This document shows positions 23,701 to 35,700 of a stretch of 64,000 nucleotides of DNA, piece after piece (within the stretch, counting starts at the first letter, position 1; every line of letters begins with the position of its first letter). Origin of the DNA: Podarcis bocagei (lineage: Eukaryota); assembly GCA_964188305.1 (NCBI GenBank), contig OZ076895.1. One strand, 5' to 3'. The position numbers and the translations under genes are program-made. The notes beneath the pieces were generated by a model, which did no database searches, was not told the DNA's origin, and worked only from the letters and a program-made list of their open reading frames with translations.

Positions 23701-26700
23701 TGTGCTATAACGCTATACTGAGTGGTGTGTCATTATGCTCTACTGGATGTGTGGGAGGTGGGGAGAACATGCCAACCTAGATATTATGCTTGTTTCTTCA
23801 GAAGTATGAACCAGTGAGAGAGGTTATAGTTGCCTCACTATGCCAATATCTTTGCTCGCCCATCTCTTCTTCTAGAAGTTGTTGGCCAAAGCTAAAGTCC
23901 TGCTTGCTACAAGAAGTGGGTAGGTGTGGTGCAAGGACCGTGGACTAGCTGAGCAAGAGGTCAGGAGGCATGGAGTGTTCCAGACCTTTTATTTGCAAAT
24001 TTAACAAAACTTTTTTTTAAAAAAAGCAATAAAATAAAATTAACAGCCATCACTTCACAATGTGAATTCAGTAACCATCAGCACATACTTCTTGGGTTAA
24101 ACATGTCAGTTAATATAAGTTCTCCAAATGTCCATATAGGTATCCACACAAAACTGAGGTCTATATGAAAATAAGTTCAAATGTAGCCAGAGCCATGAGG
24201 TCCAAGACCATTGTCATGGACAGTGGATATTTATATTTATAACATTTCCCTCCTCTTTTTTCCCCCCAGACACATGTGTGACCATCTTGCAAACCTGTAT
24301 ACACAGCTGATTAAGAATGTCCTCATTGAGAGAAAAGTTAAAGATTTTATGCGGTATGTTATAAAAATAAAATGCTCTTTTCACAAATAGGAACAAAAGT
24401 TGCCTAGAAGTTCCAGTCACCCTGGTGATATTTTCTTGTTTTTGCTGAACAAGTTGATTCAGGAAAATATTGTGCCACAATAAATTTCTTAAGTCTTTAA
24501 GGTTGCGCAACATTAATGGATTTTTGTTTGAAATAAGACAGTCCTCTAGAAGCATCCTGGGAGATGTTGCAAGAGTTGACAGTGTACGGTGTCTATAGAG
24601 ATGCAAGTGAACGCCCTGTACCACCCTGGTTCTTGGGCAAGTAAATTTCCCTGAGAGTATATAATATACAAACTGTTCCCATATAAAATTATAAGTGAAA
24701 CAAGTTGAAAGGTGACCTGATTTAGTTATCTCTGAACAAAATAACATTTATTAACACAACCTGAGTTTTGTCAGCAGGCTACAATGTTTGTTTACTTGAT
24801 AAAAGTGTGATCTGAGCTAAGCATGTTTACTCAGGAGCAAGTGCCAATGGATCCCAGTTGGACTTAAGGCTATCTGGCCTGTGAAAAAACACTCTAAAGT
24901 CACATTTTCCTCTCTACAGGAAACAAGATAAGTGGACCAGACAACAAATTAAAAAAAACAAGAATGACCCCTTCTGGAGGCATGCCGGGTACATCATTGC
25001 CCAGTTGGATGGGCTGTACATGGGAACAGTGGAGTGGGCTAAGCGACAGCAAAAAACAGTAAGGCTCATCACTTGAAGGGGAAAGAGAGTTTACACCACA
25101 CACAAAAACTGAAAGGATGTTTTTACTGCTTTCTTCTTTCTTTACAGCAAAGAATCATATTTACCGCAGCTATCAAATAGGTGCACAGTATCAGAGTTCA
25201 ATATTAATTCCAGAAACTCTTGTTTGCAACTCTAGGCTTTTAGGTAACTTGGGTGGGGTGATGAAGGTCTGTCTGCACATGCTCTACCACACACACAGAA
25301 TGGGAAGTGACACTGCATGCAGCTGCTGTCATTGTAGCCATAATTGTTGTGTAGGCCGGCAGCCCTCTGGGATATCAATGAGGCGGCAGCATTGAGAATT
25401 AGCAAGTTGAGAACTGACTGGAGACAAATAGCTTTCACCTTTATTGCCAAGCTCAGCCATTTTATTTCACACTGGGAGAGTAGAGACACGAATAACTAAC
25501 TGACCTTTCCGTCTTTGTCTAAGCACTGCAAGGAAACATGGAGCCCAGGGTTTATGAAGGCAGGATCAGCAGCATTTAAAATAAATAGCACTTATCCCCT
25601 GATGGTTTTGCTTCCAGCTTTCTCTGAAAGTAAGCTGCAGAAACAAAGAAGAAATGAAAAAGGTTGAGAATTGTTTCACAACCAGATCTGTGATCCTATT
25701 AAGCACCTTGGAAGTAAAAATACAGTTGAAATACATTGACCTTGCTTCTGGATAAAATACATTTTGAACATGTGTGTATTATACTAGAAGTTAACACAAA
25801 TATGTTGTAACCTTCACATACCGCATTGGCCTGAATATAAGCCTTCCCCCCCCCCCCAAATTCTGACTGTGAAAAGTTAAAGTGCTGCTTAAATTTGTGA
25901 GCTTACGAAAATGGGCTTTTACGATATCACTGCTGAAACAGACATACCGTAAAATGGAACGGGTGTGAGTGCCTAAACGGGTGTGAGTGTTCTAAATGAT
26001 TTCTCACAAATGGTGAGATTGCAGCTGTGTATAAGGGAGGATTCATTTTGGGGATAAGGGCTGTGGTGCAGAAATGAACAGTCCTCAAATATTCTCAAAA
26101 CTTAGGAGCGTTGCTCCATTATTGTTTATCTGTCTCCGTGTGCACACATGTAATACCAAATGTATTAATTATCATGACTACCGCCCTTTGCATAATGTCC
26201 TGGGAGTAAGCTGCATTGAACTCAGTGGTGCTTAATTCTGACTGCATAGGTTCACTTTGTAAAACGCACTGATCTTTAACAAAAGAACTTTAACCTGCTG
26301 AAATGCAACAGTTGGCTTTTAATTAGACATGCAAACAATCTTGCAAAGAAGTGTTCCCTTTGAAAGTTCTAGCATGAAGTAGGGACACCATCAGAGTAAA
26401 AGAAAAACATATCTCACCTCTGCAGGATTTTTGTCCTCATTCTCTGACTTTGGTCACATCAGATGAAGTGCATGTTTCACAAAATTTGCATGAAGGTAAT
26501 TTTGATGTCAAACATAGTATTTTACAAGAAACTACAGGATAGAACTGCAGCATGGATAACATTATGTGTACAGATTAAAAAACTGTGAGTGCACAGGAGC
26601 CAGAGTACAGTATACAATAATGTATACACAGGATTCATCCCATTCTCTCCCTCATTTAGTCACTTAGAAAATTAACTTAACCCTGTGTGTACCAAAATTA

Positions 26701-29700
26701 GGAGCAGTTTTTCATATGATACCAGCTGTAGCAATATTTGGCCAGAGCCACACGCTGTTGTGCACAACCTTCCCCCCAGAGTTTTTGTTTGTGTTGCACT
26801 GATCGAGTCAGTAGTAGTGATGTACATGTCTTTTCTGTGCCTTACTTGTCAATATGGTACTTAAAAGCACTACAGTTCTTAAAGTGGGTCATTCATTCTC
26901 CCTCTTCAGCATCTGAGGCACAGCAATCTGAAAAGATTAAATTATACACAGCACAGAGCAAAATGGGACCCAGGAAGAGAGCATAAAATCAAATCTGTTA
27001 CAACAGCTGGTCTGTCTTTGCATATTCTGGATGGCTATGATAGAAGTAGTATATAAACTGTCTTCTACCTGTTCTGAGCTCCATTAGAAGCATCTGGCAG
27101 AATTCCATGAGCTGCTTTTGAATCCATTCTCTTTACCTTCTTACAAAATAAGCTCTGGGCAATAATCACCTATATTTGTTTTTCAAGGATCCATATGCCT
27201 ATATAAACAAAAGTCTATTTCATCTGTCTCTTTGTTAGGTCAGTTGTTACTGCAGCATCCCATGCTTGCCAGATCCAATAACTCTTTAACTTCTGACATG
27301 CAAAACATTCCTTAGTCAAGCAACTTGGTTGGTTAGAGCAGGTGCTGATAATGCCAAGGTTGCAGATTCAATCCCCGTATGGGACAGCTGCATATTCCTG
27401 CCTTGCATGGGGTTGGACTAGATGTTCCTCAGGGTCCCACCCTACTTCACAGTTCTATTATTCTGTCTGTTTAAATACCTCACATAACTTTGAGCACCAC
27501 CTTTCCAATACACTGTCAAGCATCCTTTGCTCTGTCATTAGTCTAGATCTTAGGACCAAAGCATAACTCTTTGCTGAAGGAATTTATTTATAGTCACATT
27601 TTCCAAAGAAATGAGGGGTTTAAATATTGAATATATTTAGAGAACTATGTATACATAACATACAGTTGCTTTCCTTAATTTCATAATTTCAGTGTTTAAA
27701 GTCGCTGTCTAAACCACTTCTTGCAAATATCTTGGCAAATAGTATATTTTGGTACTAGCTGCATCTAAACTCTTATATTCAAACTCCACATAATTCTCTA
27801 CCCTTCTTAATCTTAAAGAAGGCTAGGAAAACAATCTTATTCCCTGCTATATTCTGAAGAAGCATACTGAGAGGATAATTTTTTTTGAAAAACTTTATTG
27901 CTACACAGTACTTTTGATTAGGAAACCAACTTCTACCATGTCATGATAATTCTGGAAGAATTATTAGCAAAGAGTTTGGATTTCCTGTTTCTCAAGGCAA
28001 AACTAATTCTAAAAATGATATTGAGAAGAAACATACTGACTTGCTGTACAATCTCTTCTGTTCTAGCTGTTTCATAATATTACATGCTCAGCTTGTATTA
28101 TTCCACAGTACTAGGAAATCTGCTGTTTTCACAGCTACCAGCTACAGTTTCCTCTGCTGACATGGTTTCCTTGAGCTCCTAATCCCCAGCCCATCAACCA
28201 TGCTGAAGGAGGGAGGCTTGCCCTGGCTCTGTCATTCACTAATTGTGCATTTTTTGAGGGAAGAACCACCTTCCCTCTGTCTCCTCCACCAGTCCTACCT
28301 AGTAACAGGAAGAACTGCAGAGGGAAGTTTTGTCCTACCACATCTTTCTGCATAGGAACAAAGGAAACTGCCTTGTGGCAAGTCAAATCATTGGTTCTTC
28401 TAGCTTAGTATTGTCAACACTTGACTTTCTGGGGTGCTATGCAGGAGTCCTTCTTGGCCCAACTTGGAGATGCCAGGGATTAAATCTGGGACTCCTTGCA
28501 TGTAAAGCATGTGTTCTACCCCCTCAGCTACATTCTCAGTATAAAGAGAATGGGATACAAAATCGCCATTATTGGACAGCCACCTCTTCTGAGGGAACCA
28601 GAACCGTGTTCACCATCTACATGGCAGCCATATTGTTAATCGAGTTCCTCAATGAACCCCTTTTCAAAATTGGCATTGCAGTGGCTTTTTTTCAGCTCTT
28701 GAATAAAGTGGCCAACATTGGTGATGTTGCATATCCGTTTGCAGAAAAACGGCAGTTTCACATCTGATCTCTTCAAGAAATTTCAGGCCTGTACTATATC
28801 CAGGCCTGGTAATTTGTTAATTTTTGATTTGTGCACTAGAACTAAAATTTCATTACTTGTCACTTGACTTAGTTCTTCAGACTCCCTCCTTGGATAAAAA
28901 AGTCATTCAGGCATAGACAGCTATTACTGTGTTGGGTACCACTGTCATGGGAAACTTGAGTCTAAAATTACAAATATCTCATCTCTCTTTACTTCCAGCC
29001 TCTCACTCCCTTCCAAGTCTATTTCCTGAATGCAGTTGGAGATCTGCTTGACCTCATTCCTGCCCTATTCTCAGGTTCAGCAATGACTAATTTAATGACA
29101 GGAGACTCTACACAGTACCTATGGGATATGGGCCATTGCTCTGCTCTGATTAAGGTGAGACCAACAACATTCCTGTTTCTATGTTTAGGCCTAAAAGAAA
29201 AGATGTAACCAACTGCACCCCAAAATGGAATTTATACTTTGGACCCCATTTTTCATAGCCTCATGCATACATAGCATTGATAATTAAATCTCATACTGTT
29301 GGTTTTACAATACTTTTTTAAAAAATTAATTGTCGTTGTCTGTTCTCTCTAAAATAGCCCCACTTTATTCTGGGAGAAAGTTTCAGAAGTGTCCCAGTCA
29401 AAACTGTAATCAAGATATTGGATATGCAATAGTTTGAAAGAAAAGTCAAGTCCTAAGAATTCCCTGTCTCAATCAGACCAATATTTGCATAAAATGCATA
29501 TTTTACTAAAACTGATGTTCACAGAAATGGCAAATACCAAACTAAAATATATTATTGGAGAGAGAATTTTGGATTTATAAATTATTCATATACACCTTGG
29601 AAATATACAACAGGTATTCTGATATGGAATCTAAGCAGATGTGCAACATAAGAATTCAAATATAAGTAAATGGAAGGGTTAAGATGCACCCTACTGACAG

Positions 29701-32700
29701 TGTTTTGACAGGCAATCGAAAATGTTGAACAAAAATGTTACAAGGAATATCCGATTCAGGGATATGGATGCGATTTCCTTTTAAAAGAAGAAAAATAAAA
29801 TTAGTCTGTCTTTAAGCTGCCACAAGACTCTGTCATTTTGACTGCATGAGACTAACATGGCTACTACTTCTCTTGGCTAGGTCCTCCCTGGATATGAAAA
29901 TATATTATTTGCTCATTCTAGCTGGTTCACATATGCGGCTACTTTGAGAATCTATAAGCATTGGGACTTTAAAGTTGATGATCCACAAACGAGCTCAGGC
30001 CGTGCTTCATTCAGCAGTTACCCAGGTAACTTAGATGTGTGGATGGAACTCTGTGTGAGTTTGTTACGTGTGAATGCAGGAGTCTTGCCTGTATGCTGTA
30101 GAATCTCATAGTTTGCTGCCCTGTAGGAACTTGAATTCAAAGGCAGATAGGGCAACAAAGACTTTATTATCCAAATAAACCTGCAGATTAATACGTAGCA
30201 AGATTTGCTGAATGGTTAGACAAATTGGATATGGATTTGGGCTAGTAAGGAGGTTGTGCTTCTTCAGTGGACTAAATCCAAAACTTTATTGCTTAGCCAA
30301 AGGTCATCACTCATAAAACAGCACAATAAAAATGGGAAGACCATTCAAAATTTGATTAATACAAACTAATAGCATGACCACCAGCTGACGTAATCTCCCT
30401 CACCCTCACTGAACCTGTACCATTGAGTTTGCCCTAAGGAGACTCACATCCCTGTGTGTGTGATCTTGGCACCAGCCCAGTGATACTGGATATCACGAGC
30501 CTGCTTTTCAAGTCTGCCACACAAGCTTCAACCACAAACCATTACAAACCACCCAAGTGCCTAGTAGTGTTTTTGTAGTGTTGCACCTACTGAGAACACC
30601 GCATCCTTCAGTCAAAATATTTCAAGATGCCTCTAGCTGGCCCTGAATTAATTCCAGTTAGTGTGCGTAGGAAAAGGTAGATGGAATAACTTTCCTTCTT
30701 AAAGCTATGCCCCAAACTTTTAACAGCATGTTTTTAACTGGCTTTTTTTACCTGCTGTTGTCATTTTGGTGCCTGGCAGATAATTTATTTTTAATTTTTA
30801 ACTGCAGTTGTAATCCTGTCAACTGCTTTATGCTGCTTTTATAATTTTGTAGTTTTTAGTTTATGTTTTTAAAATATATTTGTACTGTAATCTTTTTATA
30901 AACCACCCTGGGAATATGGTTGAAAGGCAGTATAAAAGGTAGTATTAATAAACAAATACTTTGCATCCTATGTTTGTGCAAGCAGAAGGCAGCTTGAAAG
31001 GTCAGTACTTCCTTTCCTGCCTCCAAGGGTGGTTGGAAGCCTTTTCAAAAGTGTGGGCAACAGTGTGCTAGGAACCTGCAGAGCACAGCGTGGGGAACCG
31101 CTGGTATAAAATTCCTCAGCTCGGTTAGCAATCACATGGGACGGGGGCAAAACAGCACCTCTCCAAACTTTGTGAGGGAGAAACTTTGTGAGTGCAAGAT
31201 TTTGCATGTGCTGAGTATAAGGGTTTGATTGTTAAGTCTGCCTGCTTTTAACAACAGTGCAATATTGTACATGCATGATTGGGTGCAAGAGAAGAAACAT
31301 GGGTATAGGAAGAGAGACGTTAAGAAAAGGAAGAGGTCCAGAGAGGTGGCATGTGTGTGGCATGGGATCCCTGTGTGAATGTGCCACTGGTCTTATTATT
31401 TTATTTATTTATTGCATCTATACCCCACCTTCCCTTCCAAGGAGCTCGAGGTGGCATACATGGTTCTTCCCTCCTCAATTAATCTGCACAACAGCCCTGT
31501 GAGGTAGGCTAGGCTGAGAGGCAATGATGAGCCCAAGGTTGTCCAGTGAGTTTCGTGGCTGAGTGGGAGTTCTAATCCTGGTTTCCCAGGTCTGACACTC
31601 TTAACCATTACACAACACTTGGCACTTGTAGAAGATTTCTGTTCCCTTGCTGTGGTGAGAATGGATGAATGCTGCGGTATACATTTATATGCACAAAATT
31701 TAAAACAACTTGCCTGGAAATACTTTGTGCAGTGCTTGTAGTGGTCATGCTGTAGCCTTCCCACATGCTGCTGCCTTTCTACCTGTGCAACATCCCACAA
31801 TGGAGCATGCTTTTATTTTATTTTTTATCGCAATAGGGAGTGTATTTTATTTATTATATTTCATGCTTGTACCATTTTCAGCACAGTCACTCCTGTTTCT
31901 GATTATGTCTCGCCCTTTGGGGGGACTCCTTGAAACACTAACATCACCTCTCATTAATAAGGCTGTGGTGAATGAGGCTGCAGGGCCCCAGTGTTCTCTA
32001 CAAGGTTTGCTGAGTAGCTACATGGCTTGGATCCAGAAGATGCAATCAGAAACACTTTTGTTTGCATTGATAGAATTATGGGGCTCATTCAAGGATCCTT
32101 GAGAGTGAGCGATAGGGAGACTGGCTTACAGATGAAGTAGATAAACCGTGTCAAGAGGCAATTTCAATTACATCAAATTCTCATAAGCCCATGCAAATAG
32201 AGAAACACAATGCTGACTAGGCAGAACTTCAGAGAGCCGCCGGTGCTTGTAGTTTTCATTTTCAAGTACTTTTCCTTGGGGATGCTGATTTCCCCCTGCT
32301 ATTTTCCAGGGCACATACCTGTTACAGAATCACAACCTACAAAATTAGTTCTAAGGGCTGTGTACATGTCTCTGTGTGATACCTTTTAGAAACCTATGTG
32401 GAACCAGTGAATGTGAACACCTAGGAAATTGTCATGTCAGCTGTTTGGCCATCTGTAGTTTTTAGATGTCTCTGTAAGAGAGTTATAAGCTCATGTCACA
32501 TAAGCAGCCCATTGTGAAGCTCATAATGGAACTGAATTGTGACTTTGATGTTGTTCATTTAACTTAAACAAAACATTTATTTCATCTTTCTTTAATACTG
32601 TATTTTATAAAATATTATTCGGTCCTCCATGGACTACAGAGGTTTCATCCAATGTCAGGGGATTCTCTGGTAAATGGCTGGGTGGTTATGGTGTAAGTCA

Positions 32701-35700
32701 GTCTGGTCAATTTTATTTTATATAGCCAAAGGCCTTTACAATGGACAGCAGAGAATAAAAGGAAAACTTTCTTCTAAAATCATACAATGTAGCCTGTAGG
32801 AGTTTACAACATAAAAAAGAAATTGACTACATTAAAATTTTAAATTGGAATGCATTCACATAGCTGGAACGGAGCTTCTTGGCTGCCAGTGCAAATTTGG
32901 CTCCCTGGTGTGTAAATATATAGATGTTTATCTGCTAGGAATTCAACTGTCACTTCCTGTGTGGATCGACCTGGAAGCTAATTAAGAATTGGCAGTATAG
33001 TTTCCTCTGGGCATTGTGTACAGGGGGCAAATCAGAAGATAGTGTGTGATGTCCTCTACCTGATTGCATCCATATATACATTTCAATCCATATGGGGAAT
33101 TATTTTCTAAATATGTTGAGGGCATCTGTTGGAATCTTAGTTCTTCAAAGGCCCTGTGTAGCTGTGGGAAGGTCAGAGTCTCAAGGTGATGGGGCCTTAA
33201 TTGATTGGTCATAATTTAGGAGGATTTCTGGGCTCCTAATCACTTAAAAATAGGAGCAACAAAATGACTAAATTAGACTGCAGAAATGAAGACAGGTGGG
33301 CAAGCCAGGGATGGATTTTTGTGTGGAAGGTCTGTGAGCTCTCTTAATCCCTGTGTTCAGCTGTTCAGAGGCATTGGTTGCTTTCATTCTTAGCTCCAGA
33401 TGGCGGATCTTGGAGTTCCACTAAAATATGAAATAGATCCTGCAGAACTGACACCTCCCCTCCCCTGTTATACATCTGTGGACTGCGCTCAAGAAAGGTG
33501 GCTTATAAATTAAATTTACAAAAATCATCCCAGTCAGCGGACTGCTTTGCTAAGCCTCATAACAGTGTGTTATTATGTCCATTGATTGACAAGAAGATAT
33601 TGTAAACTGACTGCCTAGTATTTGACCATAGTCCATTATTGCCAAATATTCCATGAAGTCAGGAATGTCTGACTGTATAGGTGGCAGTTCCCCATTTAAA
33701 ATTGTTTATAAGGGTGTCCTTTCCTAGCAAGGTTGGGGTGAGGACTGCTTGTCCCCTGGCCTTGCAGCAGTCAGAGACAATCCAGGAGCCCAGCGAAATT
33801 TGTTGGAGAAGCCTCAGAATAAACATTGTGAAGCATTCATTTATGAATAACAAACCATCTCCCTTTATTTCGTATTCAGGTTTTTTGGTATCCCTAGATG
33901 ACTTTTACATACTTGGCAATGGCTTGATCATGTTGCAGACAACAAACAGCGTATACAACCATTCTCTTCTCAAGCAAGTGGTACCTGAGAGTCTCTTTGC
34001 ATGGCAGAGAGTCCGCATTGCTAACATGATGGCCCATTGCGGAAAGTCCTGGGCACAAGCCTTCGAAAGGGAAAATTCTGGTTGGTATATTTGAAGTGAA
34101 TCTCTTTGTGTACAATTCTCTCAATCCTCTTGTCCCCAAAGTTAAAAGTTTAACTGTCTCCTCACTGACTTTAGGTACTTATAACAACCAGTACATGATA
34201 CTGAATACAAACAGGGTCAAACTGCAAGAGAGTCTTGGTGAAGGAACCCTTTATGTCGTTGAACAGATCCCTAAACTTGTGGAATATTCTGATCAGACAA
34301 GTATTCTCCGTAAAGGTAAAAGCTTCAAAAGGAGTTCTGGAGTTTGGGTTTGGGTTTGTTTTTTTTAAAAAAAAGTCTCTGCTGAAAGTTATCACTTTTG
34401 CTTAACTAGGGTGAATTAGAAAATAGTCTAGGAGAAATTTGTAACACACCAGTAATTCCAGATTTGTATTTGTGCAAAAAGGGGTGTGTGTGTAGTAATG
34501 TAATGTTTGCAAGTGACTCTAGCACGCAGCAGCGTAAATGATAATAGATGCTCAAAAGACTTCCACTGTTTTTGGGTAAATGCTGAGATTCTTTGGTATG
34601 TCAGCCTCTCCAAGTGAAATTTGCTTTTACAACTGTTACATTCCTTCCAATGCAAGTTCTGTCCCACTCATTTATTTCCTTGTGAGTGATAGCAAGCTCT
34701 AGAAAGAGGGTTGTTTTTCTTGCAGTTCAGCTTTCAAATTCAAAACTTTGGGAACTTTCAAGCAGTGTCCAAAACCTCTTCTCCAATGCTCCTTACCCTT
34801 TCGTGTCTGCTTTTACAGGATACTGGCCTTCTTACAACGTCCCTTTTCATGAAAATATCTACAATCTGAGCGGATATACAGAGTATGTTGAAAAATACGG
34901 CCTAGACTTCTCTTATGAGATGGCTCCCAGAGCAAAAATCTTCCGACGGGACCAAGGAAAAGTGACTGACATGGAGACCATGAAACACATAATGAGATAC
35001 AACAGTATGACATTTTTAATTATCCTTTAACATATGGCCAGGGAACCTTTTTTCTGCCTAGGATGACATTTCCTCTGGTGTAATTATTGAGGTCCAAATG
35101 CCAGCAGCAGGGCAGGGCAGAAGCTGATGATGGATGGGGCCATCCCAAATTTTTATCTCTCTTTCTGCCATACTTGCTGTCTATCCTTGCCACCCATTTC
35201 TTTCCTCTTCCTTGCCATCCAGGGAGGGATCACTCTTGTCAGAGGTGTGATATGATCACTTGCAGAGGGCTTCTCAATCTAGGCTGATGGCACAGGTTGT
35301 CCACCCCTATTTTACAGACATTTCCCCTCCCATCTCCACAACATGAAAAGGCTCATTGCAAGGAATTAGCACTGCCATCATCTGTGTGCTTGCTAGCCTT
35401 TTCAGGCAACTCAGAAGAAATCATAAGAGTTTTCCCTTGCTGTTTTGGTTTCTGAACCGAACTGGGACAAGGAAAGAAAGTTGTTGAACTTTAACTACCT
35501 GGACACAGTTTTCAAAACCCATTGAGATTTTGAGGTGGGAGCCCAAATCTAACAACATATTAGTCCTCCCCCTAAAAAAAAAGAACTTTTCAGATCTTTG
35601 GGTTTAGTCCCTTACATTTCTGTTTATTCAGCATCCATCGTGATTTGCTTGCAGAAAGTTAATGCAGAGGTTAGATTATACCTAGAATCATAGAATAGAA

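Noticed and set aside
24214-24747. 177-aa minus-strand ORF
   Set aside because: Antisense to PLBD1 exon 3 and its intron; no recognisable protein features.
25958-25995. 18-bp tandem duplication (aacgggtgtgagtg..ta) x2
   Set aside because: Only two units, no functional context.
27318-27395. tRNA gene
   Set aside because: Degenerate arms and direct fusion to a CR1 tail indicate a SINE head.
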